Origin: a virus
DNA length: 64,000 nucleotides
Virus record (IMG/VR): IMGVR_UViG_3300027747_002377
Location: 1 to 64,000 of that record
Reading direction: 5' to 3' (one strand)
The translations under genes and the position numbers were made by a program. Numbering within the stretch: position 1 is the stretch's first letter; the number at the start of each line of letters is the position of its first letter. Below the pieces are notes generated by a model that saw only the letters and a program-made list of their open reading frames with translations, ran no database searches and was not told the DNA's origin. This document shows positions 49,450 to 60,040 of this stretch, one piece after another.

Positions 49450-49796
49450 GTTTGTGCTGCTTGAGTTGTTCTAAGTGTAGAGCATTATGCTGATGGAGTA
49501 GTTGCTGCCTCACCATGAGGGACATCAAAAAGCTTAAGTACCGTGGTCAAGCCTCAGAAATCCTGGATTCTATTGAGTTCGAGGGTTACGAGATCAAATC
49601 TCTGCGCCACGGGAACACCAATCACGTCCTGTACTGCTATCCCAGGGCTGAGGATGGTGAACCCTGCTGGGGTATGGACCTTGAAACTGCTAAGAAATGC
49701 GTTCTTAAAAATAAAAAGCGCAAGGTTGTTGTTACAAACGAATGTGAATAAACTCCTATAGAATCAAAATGTAACGTTAACTTTGGAATAGGACCA

Positions 49797-50060
49797 GTGG
49801 CAAGACCTAGCATGAACCATGAAGCACTTATGGACGATCTGGCTTACCAGATCCATGAGTTCTTAATGGAAGAAGCAACTGAGTATAAGGGTGATCACCT
49901 GGTCCTTATTCCTGTAACAGCAATCGTGAAGAAATTTGGGCGTAACCATAGAACAATTGCTCGCCGGTTATCTGCACTTAAGGATCATGGGTTGCTGTTG
50001 CCTATTATAAAAAAAGATTACACTACTCTTTACTACGTAAAAGAGGAAGAGGAAAACTAA
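49797..50060 (+). CDS. Winged HTH DNA-binding protein
   Basis: IVKKFGRNHRTIARRLSALKDHGLL. Confidence 0.65.
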   Translation: MARPSMNHEALMDDLAYQIHEFLMEEATEYKGDHLVLIPVTAIVKKFGRNHRTIARRLSALKDHGLLLPIIKKDYTTLYYVKEEEEN

Positions 50061-50368
50061 TGGTTGAAGAACCCGGCAAAAACAATGGTAATCCTGCAGC
50101 AGATATTGCATATTTGCTTGCATCTTTTTCTGATAACGGAAGATCTTTACGTTCTTTTATAAATCATCCCCAGGAACTTGGGGTCTGCATTCTGACTGCA
50201 GGGCTACTGGCTAACTCGAAGCTCATGATCAGCCCTGAGGATGCAGTAAGAAGTAGCTTTGACATTTATACCAAGATCCAGGGGCACGTTGCCCGTTATC
50301 AGAATATGCAGTTTGCGAATAATATTGAGGGTTGTTTTGAGCGTCATCCAGAGGTGGACGGGGACTAA
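50060..50368 (+). CDS. Hypothetical protein
   Basis: ORF. Confidence 0.6.
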   Translation: MVEEPGKNNGNPAADIAYLLASFSDNGRSLRSFINHPQELGVCILTAGLLANSKLMISPEDAVRSSFDIYTKIQGHVARYQNMQFANNIEGCFERHPEVDGD

Positions 50369-50371
50369 CCC

Positions 50372-50743
50372 TTAAGCCTCATTGGGCACCGGGATCGCCC
50401 TGCTAAAAATTTTGGTGACGCTTCCCCCTGCTTCCAGTTCCTGTTTTAGTACCTCACAAGCCGCATCGGGATTTGTGTGTTGACCGCAGGTAAAGACATC
50501 AATTGCTGCGTAATTTAGTTCGGGCCAGGTATGGACGGATATGTGGGACTCTGATAGCAGTGCTAGCGCCGTGACCCCTTGCGGTTCAAATTTGTGACTT
50601 ATCAATTGCAAAAGCGTTGCGCCGGAACGGGTTACAGCTTTTTGAATAGCTTCTTTGATGAAGTCTTCGTTGTTTAAATGGTCAGGGTTGCTGTCGTACA
50701 CCTCAAGGATACAGTGACGACCAAGCGTTGCTACCTCATGCAC
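50372..50743 (-). CDS. speD: S-adenosylmethionine decarboxylase proenzyme
   Basis: HKFEPQGVT...LSESHISVHTWPE...DVFTCG. Confidence 0.93.
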   Translation of the reverse strand: MHEVATLGRHCILEVYDSNPDHLNNEDFIKEAIQKAVTRSGATLLQLISHKFEPQGVTALALLSESHISVHTWPELNYAAIDVFTCGQHTNPDAACEVLKQELEAGGSVTKIFSRAIPVPNEA

Positions 50744-50837
50744 TTCTACAGGACACGCATTTTTTTGCCATTCTAAGGTCCAGAATCCTCGCCAAGATAC
50801 AAAAATCGGTTACTGTACCGGTAGGTGAATTCTTTTC

Positions 50838-51761
50838 ATGCCTACCGCGTGCCTGGATATTGACGTGGAGGTGCTTGAAAGCATCTACCTAGAGCGCAAA
50901 ATTCACCCCTTGTACTCTCGAACTGCGCCTCATACTCAGTTCTTGCAGTACCGCAGCGAAGGAGATACCCGACTCACCATCAACGGGAGTCGGCACTACA
51001 AGACTCCATACGGTGCACTTCCGTCTGTAACTACCATCCTCTCTGCAACGGGTGGTAATAAGGCTGCCCTAGAAAGATGGGCAAAGAAAAATCCTGGTGG
51101 TCGTGAAGCTGCTGCCGCCAGGGGGACTCGGGTTCACAGCTTGATGGAGGAGTACCTCCTTGGTGTAGAGAAGAATCCGGTCATTGATGATCCAGAAATT
51201 GAGGCGTTCTGGAATGGATTGCCGGAGAAATTGGACAAGCTTGGACGTGTGTTATGGGCTGAGAACCCAGTCGGTGACAACTTTTCTTGGACCATTGGTG
51301 GTGATGGGGTGAGTCGTGTTTGGCATCCAGGAATCAATGAGAGTGAGAACTGGGGATGGGCAGGCGCACCAGATATTGTTGCTGAGTACAAGGGCAAAAT
51401 TATTCTTGGTGACCTAAAGACTTCAAATGGTCCTTACTACAGTCGTTGGCCGGGGTCTGAGACGTTGAAGAGTGAGTACGCCATGAGGCGCTCTGGATTT
51501 ATGAAGTATCAGAAGTGCCAGATGCAGCTAGGTGCCTACGCGCTGGGCCTGGAGCACACCATTGGAGTGGTGCCTGAGGTCTTCATGACGTTCGTTGCTA
51601 CCAGGGATCGGACGCAGGTTTTTGCTGTGCAGGGAAGCACGATTGAGAAGTACAAGAACAAGTGGCTGGAGGCTGTGACAAAATATTACAGTGAGATTCT
51701 TCCGGCTCAAAACGAGATCGACATGGAAGCTGTAGATGGCGACAAGGCTGAAGGGGCTTAA
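50838..51761 (+). CDS. PD-(D/E)XK exonuclease
   Basis: PSVTTIL, RGTRVH, AGAPD...DLKTS, QLGAY. Confidence 0.85.
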   Translation: MPTACLDIDVEVLESIYLERKIHPLYSRTAPHTQFLQYRSEGDTRLTINGSRHYKTPYGALPSVTTILSATGGNKAALERWAKKNPGGREAAAARGTRVHSLMEEYLLGVEKNPVIDDPEIEAFWNGLPEKLDKLGRVLWAENPVGDNFSWTIGGDGVSRVWHPGINESENWGWAGAPDIVAEYKGKIILGDLKTSNGPYYSRWPGSETLKSEYAMRRSGFMKYQKCQMQLGAYALGLEHTIGVVPEVFMTFVATRDRTQVFAVQGSTIEKYKNKWLEAVTKYYSEILPAQNEIDMEAVDGDKAEGA

Positions 51762-51820
51762 TGCCAGATTCATGCGCTGTAATTTGAAATTTATAGGAAA
51801 CGCCGCTAAACTGAGCCAAT

Positions 51821-54409
51821 ATGTCCCTTGCTGCTATGGATTCCAGGCCCCCTAGGAAGGCACTCCAACCTGGGGAGATCAACCTGGATCTTATCCCAGA
51901 GGACTGGGCTTTAACTCCTCTTAATGGGAAGCGGGCTTATGTCAGTGGTTGGACTTCTAATCCATATACTATTAATCAGATTAAGGAAGAGTTAAGCGCT
52001 GGTCGTGCTACCGGCATTGGTCTACTGAGTGGCCAGCACTGCAATGAGTATGGGCTCATCTGGGTAGACATTGACGGAGAAGAGGCGATACCAGCTATTG
52101 AGGCCATGGGTGGTGGTCCTCTTGATTCAATCTTTCCGCCAACACTGACCATCACCAGTGGGAAGCCGGGTAAGTCACGGATGCTGTTCCGTGTGCCGAA
52201 CCACAAGGTAGAGATGTTGCCAGATAAGGCTACCTTGAAGCTCGATAAGGGGCCATGGGAGATCCTTTGGAGGAGCAGGCAAGGCGCCTTGATGGGTGCT
52301 CACCCCGATACAAATGGCTACCATACCTCCCCTCATGGTGGGTTTGAGTACGCAAAAAATTTGCCCGAGATGCCCGACTGGCTCTACAAAGCAATCAGTG
52401 ATGCGTACCCCTCCAGTAAGTACCGCCGCAAAACAACTGGAGCGGGACACTATTTGGCGAAGAATATCACCCTTAATTATGAGGAGGATAGTACATATCA
52501 ACTAGAGGTAATTATTGGTGAGGCGCAGCAGTACCTTGAGGCCATGTCCCCAGAACGGGCAGACGACTACGAAGAATGGGTTGCCGTTGGCATGTCCCTC
52601 CACCAAATTGATGACAGCTTATTGATTGATTGGATTGAGTGGTCAATGCAATCTGAATCTTTTGAGGAAGGTTGTTGTGAAGGTAAATGGGAATCATTTG
52701 AACGTCTGCCAGGTGGACCAAACCCTGAGGGAGCCCGTGGTCTTAAGACGTTACGAGCTAAGGCAAAGGAAGACGGGTTCATTGATATGCACGGCTTTAC
52801 CGCCCCAAGCATTGAAGAAGTTGCAAAGAGGATTGCAGCTGAAAGCAATGAAGCTTTTGCTGATTATGTGGCTTCTGGTGGTCAAGATTTCGATGGTGAG
52901 GAAGATGAGTACGTATCCGACGTTGGTGATTTCTTGAATTCTCTTGGGGCCAAGGGGAAGAACGGTAAAAAGTCCACCCGAAACCCTCCGCCGTCTGAGA
53001 TTGCGGATTTTGTTATGCCGCTTTGCAGGAAGAACGGTTGGCTGTATGATCCACGGTTCGACGTTTTTATGCGCTATGACGAGAAACGCGGGATCTGGTC
53101 ACGCCAAGGGTATAGCAAGGACTTTAAGCACGAAGTTCAGTTCACACTCTGTAACTTGCCACTGCCTAATGGTTATAGCAATAACCTCATTAATGATGTT
53201 TGCGGACTCCTCGAAGGCCACCTCGCTCATACCGACTGGAACGATGACGCGTCTATGCTGGCCTTCCGTAACGGTGTTCTTGAACTCGATTCGGGTAACT
53301 TCCTAGAGCACAGCCGCAACAACTACATTACGTGGGGCCTTGATTTTGATTACAACCCACAGGTTCTCCCTGGTCCTATTGTTGACTGGCTTTCACGTAC
53401 ACAATATGGTGATAATGACCGAGTTCAGGTGCTGAGAGCCTGGTTGAGGGCCTGTTTGGTTGGTCGGGGTAATGAGTTGCAACGGTTCCTTGAGGTCATT
53501 GGACCCGGTGGTCGCGGTAAATCTACCTATGCCAACCTATGTTGCGCCATGGTGGGGGCCGGGAACTACGCTAGTACCTCGCTCAACCAGCTGGAGCAGA
53601 GTAGGTTTGAGCTGTCCTCTATTAAGGACAAGCGCCTTACCTTAATCAATGATTCAGAGCGGTACGGTGGCTCAGCGCAGACCTTCAAAGCATTGACTGG
53701 TGGGGATTCCCTGCGTTATGAAGAAAAACTGAAGGCAATCGGTGAACCGTTTGTGTATACAGGGATGGTCATGGTTGCTGCCAATGAACCGATTCAGACC
53801 ACTGATAACACCAGTGGACTAGCCCGCCGTCGCCTCACCATTGAGTTCAACCGCAAGCTCTACGATAAGAGTAGCGAAGCTAAAGACATGATTAAGATCG
53901 ATAAAGGCAGCATTAGTGGCGTATGGAAAGATTATCTTCCCGGTCTTGTTAATTGGGTTCTCGAAATGAGTGAAAAAGATATGCGTCGTTATCTGCTTGA
54001 TACTGTTGAAATGGTTCCTGCCCTGCGTCGTGTCCGCAACAACATCCTTCTCAGCAGTAATAACTTAATTGAGTGGCTGCAGTCGGAAGTTGTTCTTGAT
54101 AAAGATAGCGTGACTGCCGTAGGTAAGAAAGTTCCTGCCGCAAAAGATAGTAATACCCGTTACTACAATACGCACTCACACCTGTATCCAAGTTACTGTG
54201 AACATTGTGACTCCACAGGGTCTAAGCCCGTTGGTCAGAAGCGTTTTGTTAACTTGCTACAAGATTGCTGCAAGAATCAGCTTAACTTAGACGATGTTTA
54301 TTCTTTCAACAAGGCAGGACGTACATTCTTTAAGGGCATTGCAATCCGTGCTTCTGAACAATCCTTTAGGGATCTGCCCACTATTCTTCCCGAAGGTAAA
54401 GATCAGTAA
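51821..54409 (+). CDS. Primase-helicase: bifunctional prim-pol + PriCT-2 + D5_N + SF3 helicase
   Basis: WVDIDG; DYEEWVAVGMSLH; FRNGVLEL; Walker A GPGGRGKST. Confidence 0.92.
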   Translation: MSLAAMDSRPPRKALQPGEINLDLIPEDWALTPLNGKRAYVSGWTSNPYTINQIKEELSAGRATGIGLLSGQHCNEYGLIWVDIDGEEAIPAIEAMGGGPLDSIFPPTLTITSGKPGKSRMLFRVPNHKVEMLPDKATLKLDKGPWEILWRSRQGALMGAHPDTNGYHTSPHGGFEYAKNLPEMPDWLYKAISDAYPSSKYRRKTTGAGHYLAKNITLNYEEDSTYQLEVIIGEAQQYLEAMSPERADDYEEWVAVGMSLHQIDDSLLIDWIEWSMQSESFEEGCCEGKWESFERLPGGPNPEGARGLKTLRAKAKEDGFIDMHGFTAPSIEEVAKRIAAESNEAFADYVASGGQDFDGEEDEYVSDVGDFLNSLGAKGKNGKKSTRNPPPSEIADFVMPLCRKNGWLYDPRFDVFMRYDEKRGIWSRQGYSKDFKHEVQFTLCNLPLPNGYSNNLINDVCGLLEGHLAHTDWNDDASMLAFRNGVLELDSGNFLEHSRNNYITWGLDFDYNPQVLPGPIVDWLSRTQYGDNDRVQVLRAWLRACLVGRGNELQRFLEVIGPGGRGKSTYANLCCAMVGAGNYASTSLNQLEQSRFELSSIKDKRLTLINDSERYGGSAQTFKALTGGDSLRYEEKLKAIGEPFVYTGMVMVAANEPIQTTDNTSGLARRRLTIEFNRKLYDKSSEAKDMIKIDKGSISGVWKDYLPGLVNWVLEMSEKDMRRYLLDTVEMVPALRRVRNNILLSSNNLIEWLQSEVVLDKDSVTAVGKKVPAAKDSNTRYYNTHSHLYPSYCEHCDSTGSKPVGQKRFVNLLQDCCKNQLNLDDVYSFNKAGRTFFKGIAIRASEQSFRDLPTILPEGKDQ

Positions 54410-54707
54410 TTAAAAACTACTTAGGGCCTGGATCTTTTCCTTTCATTACTACTTCACAGGCCCTTCTGTAGTAATCACAGTTAGTTTTCCCTGCTGTCTC
54501 CAGGGCAGCCTTTACTTTCTTCCAGTTATCAATTGTGTGTTGCTCCATTAGGTTCTATGGGGTCAATGGGCATCTCATGTTTAGACTGACACCAGGTTCT
54601 GTCGTGTGGTATCGTTTCCGTACCGTACTCCCAGTCATCGTAGGTGTCAAGATTCCTGAGGAGTGTGGCTAAACTTTCGATTAGTTGACGTTCGTCAGGT
54701 GTTAAGT

Positions 54708-55031
54708 TCATACCCCTTTTATTTTGCTGTATTGTCTTACCTGATCTTCTGTCCAGCTGTCAGGACGTCCTAACTGTCTTTTGGCATAATTTATTCTTCT
54801 AGTTAAGCCTGGTAAGTATATATCTGGGTCGATGGAAGGCTTCTCATTTATTTCAAAGCTTGGTGTACTTGAAATAAGTTGCTGCCCTACAAGTGGTCCG
54901 CCGCTCTCTTGTGCATACTGATCTTGAAGTCGTAATGAAGGAATATCGCTGCCCGCTTGGCTATAATCCTCCATTCCTTTTACGTATTGTTGAAGGAACC
55001 CTACTGCAGGAAAATCGTTATCTCCCATCAC
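54708..55031 (-). CDS. Virion-like hypothetical protein
   Basis: ORF in a minus-strand mini-operon with ATGA overlaps. Confidence 0.55.
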   Translation of the reverse strand: MMGDNDFPAVGFLQQYVKGMEDYSQAGSDIPSLRLQDQYAQESGGPLVGQQLISSTPSFEINEKPSIDPDIYLPGLTRRINYAKRQLGRPDSWTEDQVRQYSKIKGV

Positions 55032-55264
55032 CGCCCCATGCTATGTAGGAATTGGGTTACTCGATCTCCCACCGGCATTTGTGAAGCCGCATTCTGTGGG
55101 TTGGTCTTCATGGCAGCCTTCTGGTTTGCCATTTGGTACGGTGCACTCACCGCCTGACCTTGGTTAGACCACCCACCAGGGAGCATGCCTTGACGTTGAA
55201 CGCCATCTACATGCCCCATCTGGCTGTAATCAAATCCCGAAGGGTTGTACTGTTGGTGCATCAT
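55028..55264 (-). CDS. Gln/Met-rich virion-like hypothetical protein
   Basis: ORF ending VGDRVTQFLHSMGR. Confidence 0.55.
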   Translation of the reverse strand: MMHQQYNPSGFDYSQMGHVDGVQRQGMLPGGWSNQGQAVSAPYQMANQKAAMKTNPQNAASQMPVGDRVTQFLHSMGR

Positions 55265-56142
55265 CGTCCTTGTCCAACTCCAGTGAGCATGTTGAGGAAG
55301 GCTTGAACTTTTTCGTTGGTGCTGCCGGTACGATCTTCTCCCATCTCAGGCTGAGCCACTTGAGCTGGTTGTTGCTGTTCTGGGTTCCACGCATTGGTGG
55401 CACCAAGTACCGGTTGTTGCATTGACCAAGGCATTGAGACAACGCCTTCTGGTTGGCCAGGTTGACGGATGCCTTGCTTCTGTATTACATCATAACCGGC
55501 TTGACCAGGGCGAACCTTAGCGGCTAGATCAGGGTGTGCCTGTGCCCATATCTGCATACCCAGTGCTTCTTTAGAGGGGCCTGCAACTGTGTTTGCGTAT
55601 TGAGCCAGCTCAGATTTGTATTGATCGCTCTGTGACCAGTCAGGAGTTACTCCGTCCCTTGTTCCCATGATAATGGGAGTAGGACCTGTTAGAGGTGCAG
55701 GCTGTTGGTTGGGAGCAGGAGTAAAAGCGCGGCCTGTGTAACCACCCATATTACCGCCGCCTAGGCTGCCACCACCCGCACTACCTTCTCTGCCGGTACC
55801 GATTTGAGATGCCCTAGCTTTTGCTGCAAGAACTAGTTCATCGTGGGTATAGCCTCTGGGAAGACTAGAAACACCACCACCTGTGTACGGAAGGCGTCCA
55901 CCAAAAATACTTTTACCTATATAATTTAATTCGTTTAATGCACCTCGACCAAGATCATTTGATTTTGTTGAAGGAATAGCCCGTAAGGATTGATCAAGTA
56001 AAGATCCGGTTTGTCCTTGCTTGAATAGCTCAGAACCTAAATATGTAGCTAATCCGTTACCCAACCCTTTACCCAACGTACTTTTAAGTCTCCTGTAATG
56101 AGAGGTATCCCAATCAAATTGATCCATCTCTGCTTGATTCAT
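55261..56142 (-). CDS. Gly/Gln-rich virion-like protein
   Basis: 293-aa ORF. Confidence 0.6.
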   Translation of the reverse strand: MNQAEMDQFDWDTSHYRRLKSTLGKGLGNGLATYLGSELFKQGQTGSLLDQSLRAIPSTKSNDLGRGALNELNYIGKSIFGGRLPYTGGGVSSLPRGYTHDELVLAAKARASQIGTGREGSAGGGSLGGGNMGGYTGRAFTPAPNQQPAPLTGPTPIIMGTRDGVTPDWSQSDQYKSELAQYANTVAGPSKEALGMQIWAQAHPDLAAKVRPGQAGYDVIQKQGIRQPGQPEGVVSMPWSMQQPVLGATNAWNPEQQQPAQVAQPEMGEDRTGSTNEKVQAFLNMLTGVGQGR

Positions 56143-56415
56143 CTCTGCACTTAGCTTTCTTACAATAATACTATCTCAAAACTTTTTTGATGGAAGAAAT
56201 TGTAGTTCAAAAATACGATAGCGGTGTCAAGATAATTCAAGCCCAGGATTCTAGGGGGCTAGATGTTTACCTTGTGTGCGGGGCCAAGGTGAATAGTTGT
56301 CGTTATTGCGATTCTTTTCATATAGCCCTTGCATATGCCAAAGAATTTGATGATGAAACACAGAAAGATTTGGAGGGGCAGCCCTGAAATTGGTAGTACA
56401 ACAGTTCTATAGGTG

Positions 56416-56703
56416 AGTTGATAGGGGTCGGAGACTGTTAGACAGTTCCTTGCGCTGCAACGGGTTTCAGGGAAGGGTTTTGACCCTTTTGAAAAGGTGA
56501 TGCCGCTGAAAACTCCTAATGAAGAAAAAAGGGTTACTGCCTAGCAGGCAGTAGTAGGGGTGTGAGGGTGTCTGCTAGTCAGTAACCCTTTTTTTCTCTA
56601 TAAGAATTAATAGAGGCCGCAGTTTTTTGCGTTCTTCCAAGACGATCCTTGACATCCCTTGCAGCGCAGGCTACTGTCTAACAGTATTTGTCCCCTATCA
56701 ACT
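56416..56703. repeat. Nested long inverted repeat (~290 bp)
   Basis: Outer arms 56416-56473 and 56646-56703; inner arms 56524-56550 and 56569-56596. Confidence 0.85.
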
Positions 56704-57845
56704 TGCTCAACGCCAAAAAAACGGGTCAGTTCTTCGCTGACAGGGGTCTTGGTACCGAAGATTTGATCTGGCTACTGAAATGCACGAAACTCCTACGTGA
56801 TCGCCTCCCTGGTGACCGTTGCTGGTGCCTGGACAAGATCAACCATCCGTTCTTCCATGGGTTTACACTCCAGGGGAGAGGGGCGCTCAAGGGGGCTCAG
56901 GGGGACGCTGATAAAGCCTCAGGCAAAAGACCCATGTATAGAGGCAGGGACGCCCGCTCCTTGATCCTGGCGATCACAGGACGTTATGGAGAGCCTGGGA
57001 AGGTGGTTGTGCGTACCGCTGCCTGCGAATCTTTTTATTGCATCAATCCCACCCACTATTACTGGGGCACCAAGGGGGACGTTCAGTTGGAACGCCTAAG
57101 GCGCGGAGGAACTGACCTACCTAACGAGACGATCAAGCAGATCAGGGAAGCAAGGCAATCAAATGCTCAGATCTATACCTACCAAAAACTGGCGGAAGAA
57201 TTTGACCTTTCTTATAGCGTTATACGTGGGGTATGTACCAAGGGTAATTACCAGACGACAGAGGCGGCTGCACAGGAAACTGTTATAGTGCCAGAGAAAC
57301 TAGGTTTAAATATGGAAACCCTTGCAATTACTGAAGACGACACCATGGATTACTCAAGTATTGAGTGTATCTGGGGGCACAAGGGACGGTTTGGAATGAT
57401 GGGTGAGTGCCTTGATTGCATGGATGAGATAGCCAAGGGGAAATGTGAAATAAATCTTAAATCTTTTGCCTTTGATAAGTACTGGACCGTACGCAGCTTC
57501 TGGGACAAAGTCAACATTCCTAAAGATCAGGACACAAAACAGTGTTGGTCATGGGGTGGGGGCAGGAAACCCAGCAATGAAACGGTTGCTTATATGCCAA
57601 GTCCATTCCACTCAGCCAAAGCTCAGACTGCTCCACGGGTGGCGTTCTGGGTAGCCCGAGGTTACACTGGCAAATACCGGATTCAACACGCCAACAAAGA
57701 CTGTGAATCTGGTTGCTGCAATCCGACTCATCTAACCATTAAAGGGTTACAGTTAGTAGAGCAACCAGATAAATTAACTGTCTACGATCTGTCCTATGGA
57801 AACATCTTTGAGCAAGTCAGGAAAGCCAGCGCAGAAACGAAGTGA
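56688..57845 (+). CDS. Protein with two His-Me (HNH_3-like) Zn-binding modules flanking an HTH
   Basis: CWC...CINPTHYYWGT; YQKLAEEFDLSYSVIR; CWSW...CCNPTHL. Confidence 0.65.
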   Translation: MSPINLLNAKKTGQFFADRGLGTEDLIWLLKCTKLLRDRLPGDRCWCLDKINHPFFHGFTLQGRGALKGAQGDADKASGKRPMYRGRDARSLILAITGRYGEPGKVVVRTAACESFYCINPTHYYWGTKGDVQLERLRRGGTDLPNETIKQIREARQSNAQIYTYQKLAEEFDLSYSVIRGVCTKGNYQTTEAAAQETVIVPEKLGLNMETLAITEDDTMDYSSIECIWGHKGRFGMMGECLDCMDEIAKGKCEINLKSFAFDKYWTVRSFWDKVNIPKDQDTKQCWSWGGGRKPSNETVAYMPSPFHSAKAQTAPRVAFWVARGYTGKYRIQHANKDCESGCCNPTHLTIKGLQLVEQPDKLTVYDLSYGNIFEQVRKASAETK

Positions 57846-58108
57846 AATACTGCGAACTTGTTATCATAGGGAAGACTTTAAGTGGATAGGTCTTGTAACA
57901 ATTGGACCAGATAATTTCTGGACGACACCTAGCCCCAACAAAGAAGAAGTTGCAAGTGACCTGCGTTCACTTGAGAAGCAACTTAATTATGAATTGATTG
58001 AAACTGTTGAAATGGAAGGAGTATATCCTAAACGCGCTACAATAATAGAAGAAAAGTATCAAGCTAGTGGCAGGACCAACGGCTTGTACATAGGATTAAA
58101 CCTGAAAA

Positions 58109-58804
58109 ATGGCGAGATACTTAACGACACTACCAAGTAATCTTGGTTACGTAAATCTTGGCACTGTCCAAGCTTACCCAACTGGTGGCACTGGGCCCAC
58201 GGCTTATGGGCCTACCAGTTATTTCGGTAGTGATCCGCTTCCTCCACGGCCAGGGGACAACATCAATAACCCAGTTGACCTTGGGGACATTAGTACATTT
58301 GATTCACTTTTCAAAACACTTACGCTAACCAATACGCACGGCGGTTTAACTCGAATACAGACAACGTTCTATAAAGTACGCCTTCTAAAGCCGCGTTCAA
58401 TTCAATTTACACAGAACTACAGCCAAACTTCTTACGAATCAAAAACAAACAGAAACACTATAGTTTCAATTTACTCTGTTGAGGATGGGAACCACAGAAG
58501 AGAATTACCAATTAACGACAATGGATACGTTTATACAACCTCAGCAATCCCTTATTCTGATTCGGACACCGACATAATTGAAAGCCGTACGGCAGACTAC
58601 CCAAACACAATTCTTCCAGAGGGGAATTATTTATTCTTAATCACAAACGACATCCGTTTTATTGAAACTACTTATTCAATCTCAATAATAATCTCATTAA
58701 CTGACTGGCGTTATACGGATGAGCCAGTGGAGAAAGCTATTGACTTCGGTTCCATAACAGCCCCAGTGGATACCTCTTTTGATTTCGGTGGTATAGCGGC
58801 ATAA
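58109..58804 (+). CDS. Putative structural beta-sandwich (PPC-like) protein
   Basis: GDNINNPVDLG, LPEGNYLFLI. Confidence 0.45.
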   Translation: MARYLTTLPSNLGYVNLGTVQAYPTGGTGPTAYGPTSYFGSDPLPPRPGDNINNPVDLGDISTFDSLFKTLTLTNTHGGLTRIQTTFYKVRLLKPRSIQFTQNYSQTSYESKTNRNTIVSIYSVEDGNHRRELPINDNGYVYTTSAIPYSDSDTDIIESRTADYPNTILPEGNYLFLITNDIRFIETTYSISIIISLTDWRYTDEPVEKAIDFGSITAPVDTSFDFGGIAA

Positions 58805-58837
58805 GTGCTACACTATTAGCAGCAAACCGTCTGCACC

Positions 58838-59041
58838 GTGAAAGTCATTACTGTTGAGCAGTTTGAGCACGATTTTGACGCCATAATGGATGACGTGTGT
58901 AGTAATTTAGAGCACTATAAAATACTTACGGAAGACTCTGCGGTTATGCTTATACCAGTAGCAGCTTATGACTTTTTAAAAGACACGTACAAAGAATGGG
59001 TAAACGAATCAAAAACCGCCCCTGTTGAGGGCTTTGATTGA
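58838..59041 (+). CDS. Phd/YefM-like antitoxin-fold protein
   Basis: ITVEQFEHDFDAIMDDV...AVMLIP. Confidence 0.55.
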   Translation: MKVITVEQFEHDFDAIMDDVCSNLEHYKILTEDSAVMLIPVAAYDFLKDTYKEWVNESKTAPVEGFD

Positions 59042-59050
59042 TTTTATTTT

Positions 59051-60040
59051 TTAAGCAGTGGCGACGGCTGCTTTATCGGCGGCTTGTTTTTTAGCCAGGG
59101 TATCAAGATAGTCTTGAGAAGCGGTTGAAGGAAGTTTAAATTCGTCTTTTGGAGCTGCAGAGCCAGGCGTAGCACTGGTAGCGGCAGTAGAGCTTCCATC
59201 GGGTGCATAAAAATCACCAGCAGCTTCTCGCGTAAATTCTTTATTAGCGGCTAAAGCTTCTTGTTCTTTAGTATCTGCCGAATAAACATGCTGCCCAGAA
59301 ATAACGTTCATGTATCTTTGAACGTGTTTAGATCCTTCGGCACCTGGTGTTTTAAGTGCACGACCTAGTACGCCTTCACGTACGTAACCTCCTTTTTGTG
59401 CAGACTCAATTTCACCGGGATCAGAAGTAAGAAGATAATCATTAAAATCGCCCCTTCGCAATCTAACTATATCAACTGCGTCAGGAGATTTATCTTCTTG
59501 TCCGAAAAGTTTAAAGGCTTCACCTTCTTTGGTCCATCCAGTTCGTTGAGCAGCTGCTGCTTCATCAGCGTTTTCTATATATACGTGAGCACCAGTAAGT
59601 GGGTTAAGTAGCCTATTTATTTGTTTAGAAGAAGAAGAAGCTGCCGGTGTAGATGCAGTAGCAGCGGTAGCAGCAGCAACATCTCTTTTTTTATTTACAG
59701 CCTCAACATAATCTTTTTGTGCTTCACTTGTAATACCTGTCCAAGTTGAACGTGCTGTTTTCCAAGGATCGACACCACCGGTATTAGCTGAGGTATATTT
59801 ATCAGCAATTGGAAGGGATGACAGGTAATTAGCAGCTTCTCCGGCCTGCCTACCACGTTCACGAGCAGCTTGTTCTTCTGGCGTACCGTATATTTGGTAT
59901 CTACGATTTCGAAACTCTTCTGTTTCTGATTTAATTTTAGCTTTTAACTCAGCGCTACGTTGAAAGTCTGCTTCAGGAATTACAGAAGTGTAAAGCTTGG
60001 GGGCAGCTGGTGCTGGCAAAAAGCCGTATGTCGTGGCCAT
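59051..60040 (-). CDS. Protein with three DUF5648-like repeats (possible surface binding)
   Basis: RLLNPLTGAHVY..E...GW.KEG; RLRRG..DYLLT..E...GY.REG; RYMN..SGQHVYS. Confidence 0.6.
   Translation of the reverse strand: MATTYGFLPAPAAPKLYTSVIPEADFQRSAELKAKIKSETEEFRNRRYQIYGTPEEQAARERGRQAGEAANYLSSLPIADKYTSANTGGVDPWKTARSTWTGITSEAQKDYVEAVNKKRDVAAATAATASTPAASSSSKQINRLLNPLTGAHVYIENADEAAAAQRTGWTKEGEAFKLFGQEDKSPDAVDIVRLRRGDFNDYLLTSDPGEIESAQKGGYVREGVLGRALKTPGAEGSKHVQRYMNVISGQHVYSADTKEQEALAANKEFTREAAGDFYAPDGSSTAATSATPGSAAPKDEFKLPSTASQDYLDTLAKKQAADKAAVATA

Noticed and set aside
50838-51761. Cas4/CRISPR adaptation gene
   Set aside because: It lacks the four Fe-S cysteines, and its context next to the primase indicates a phage replication exonuclease.
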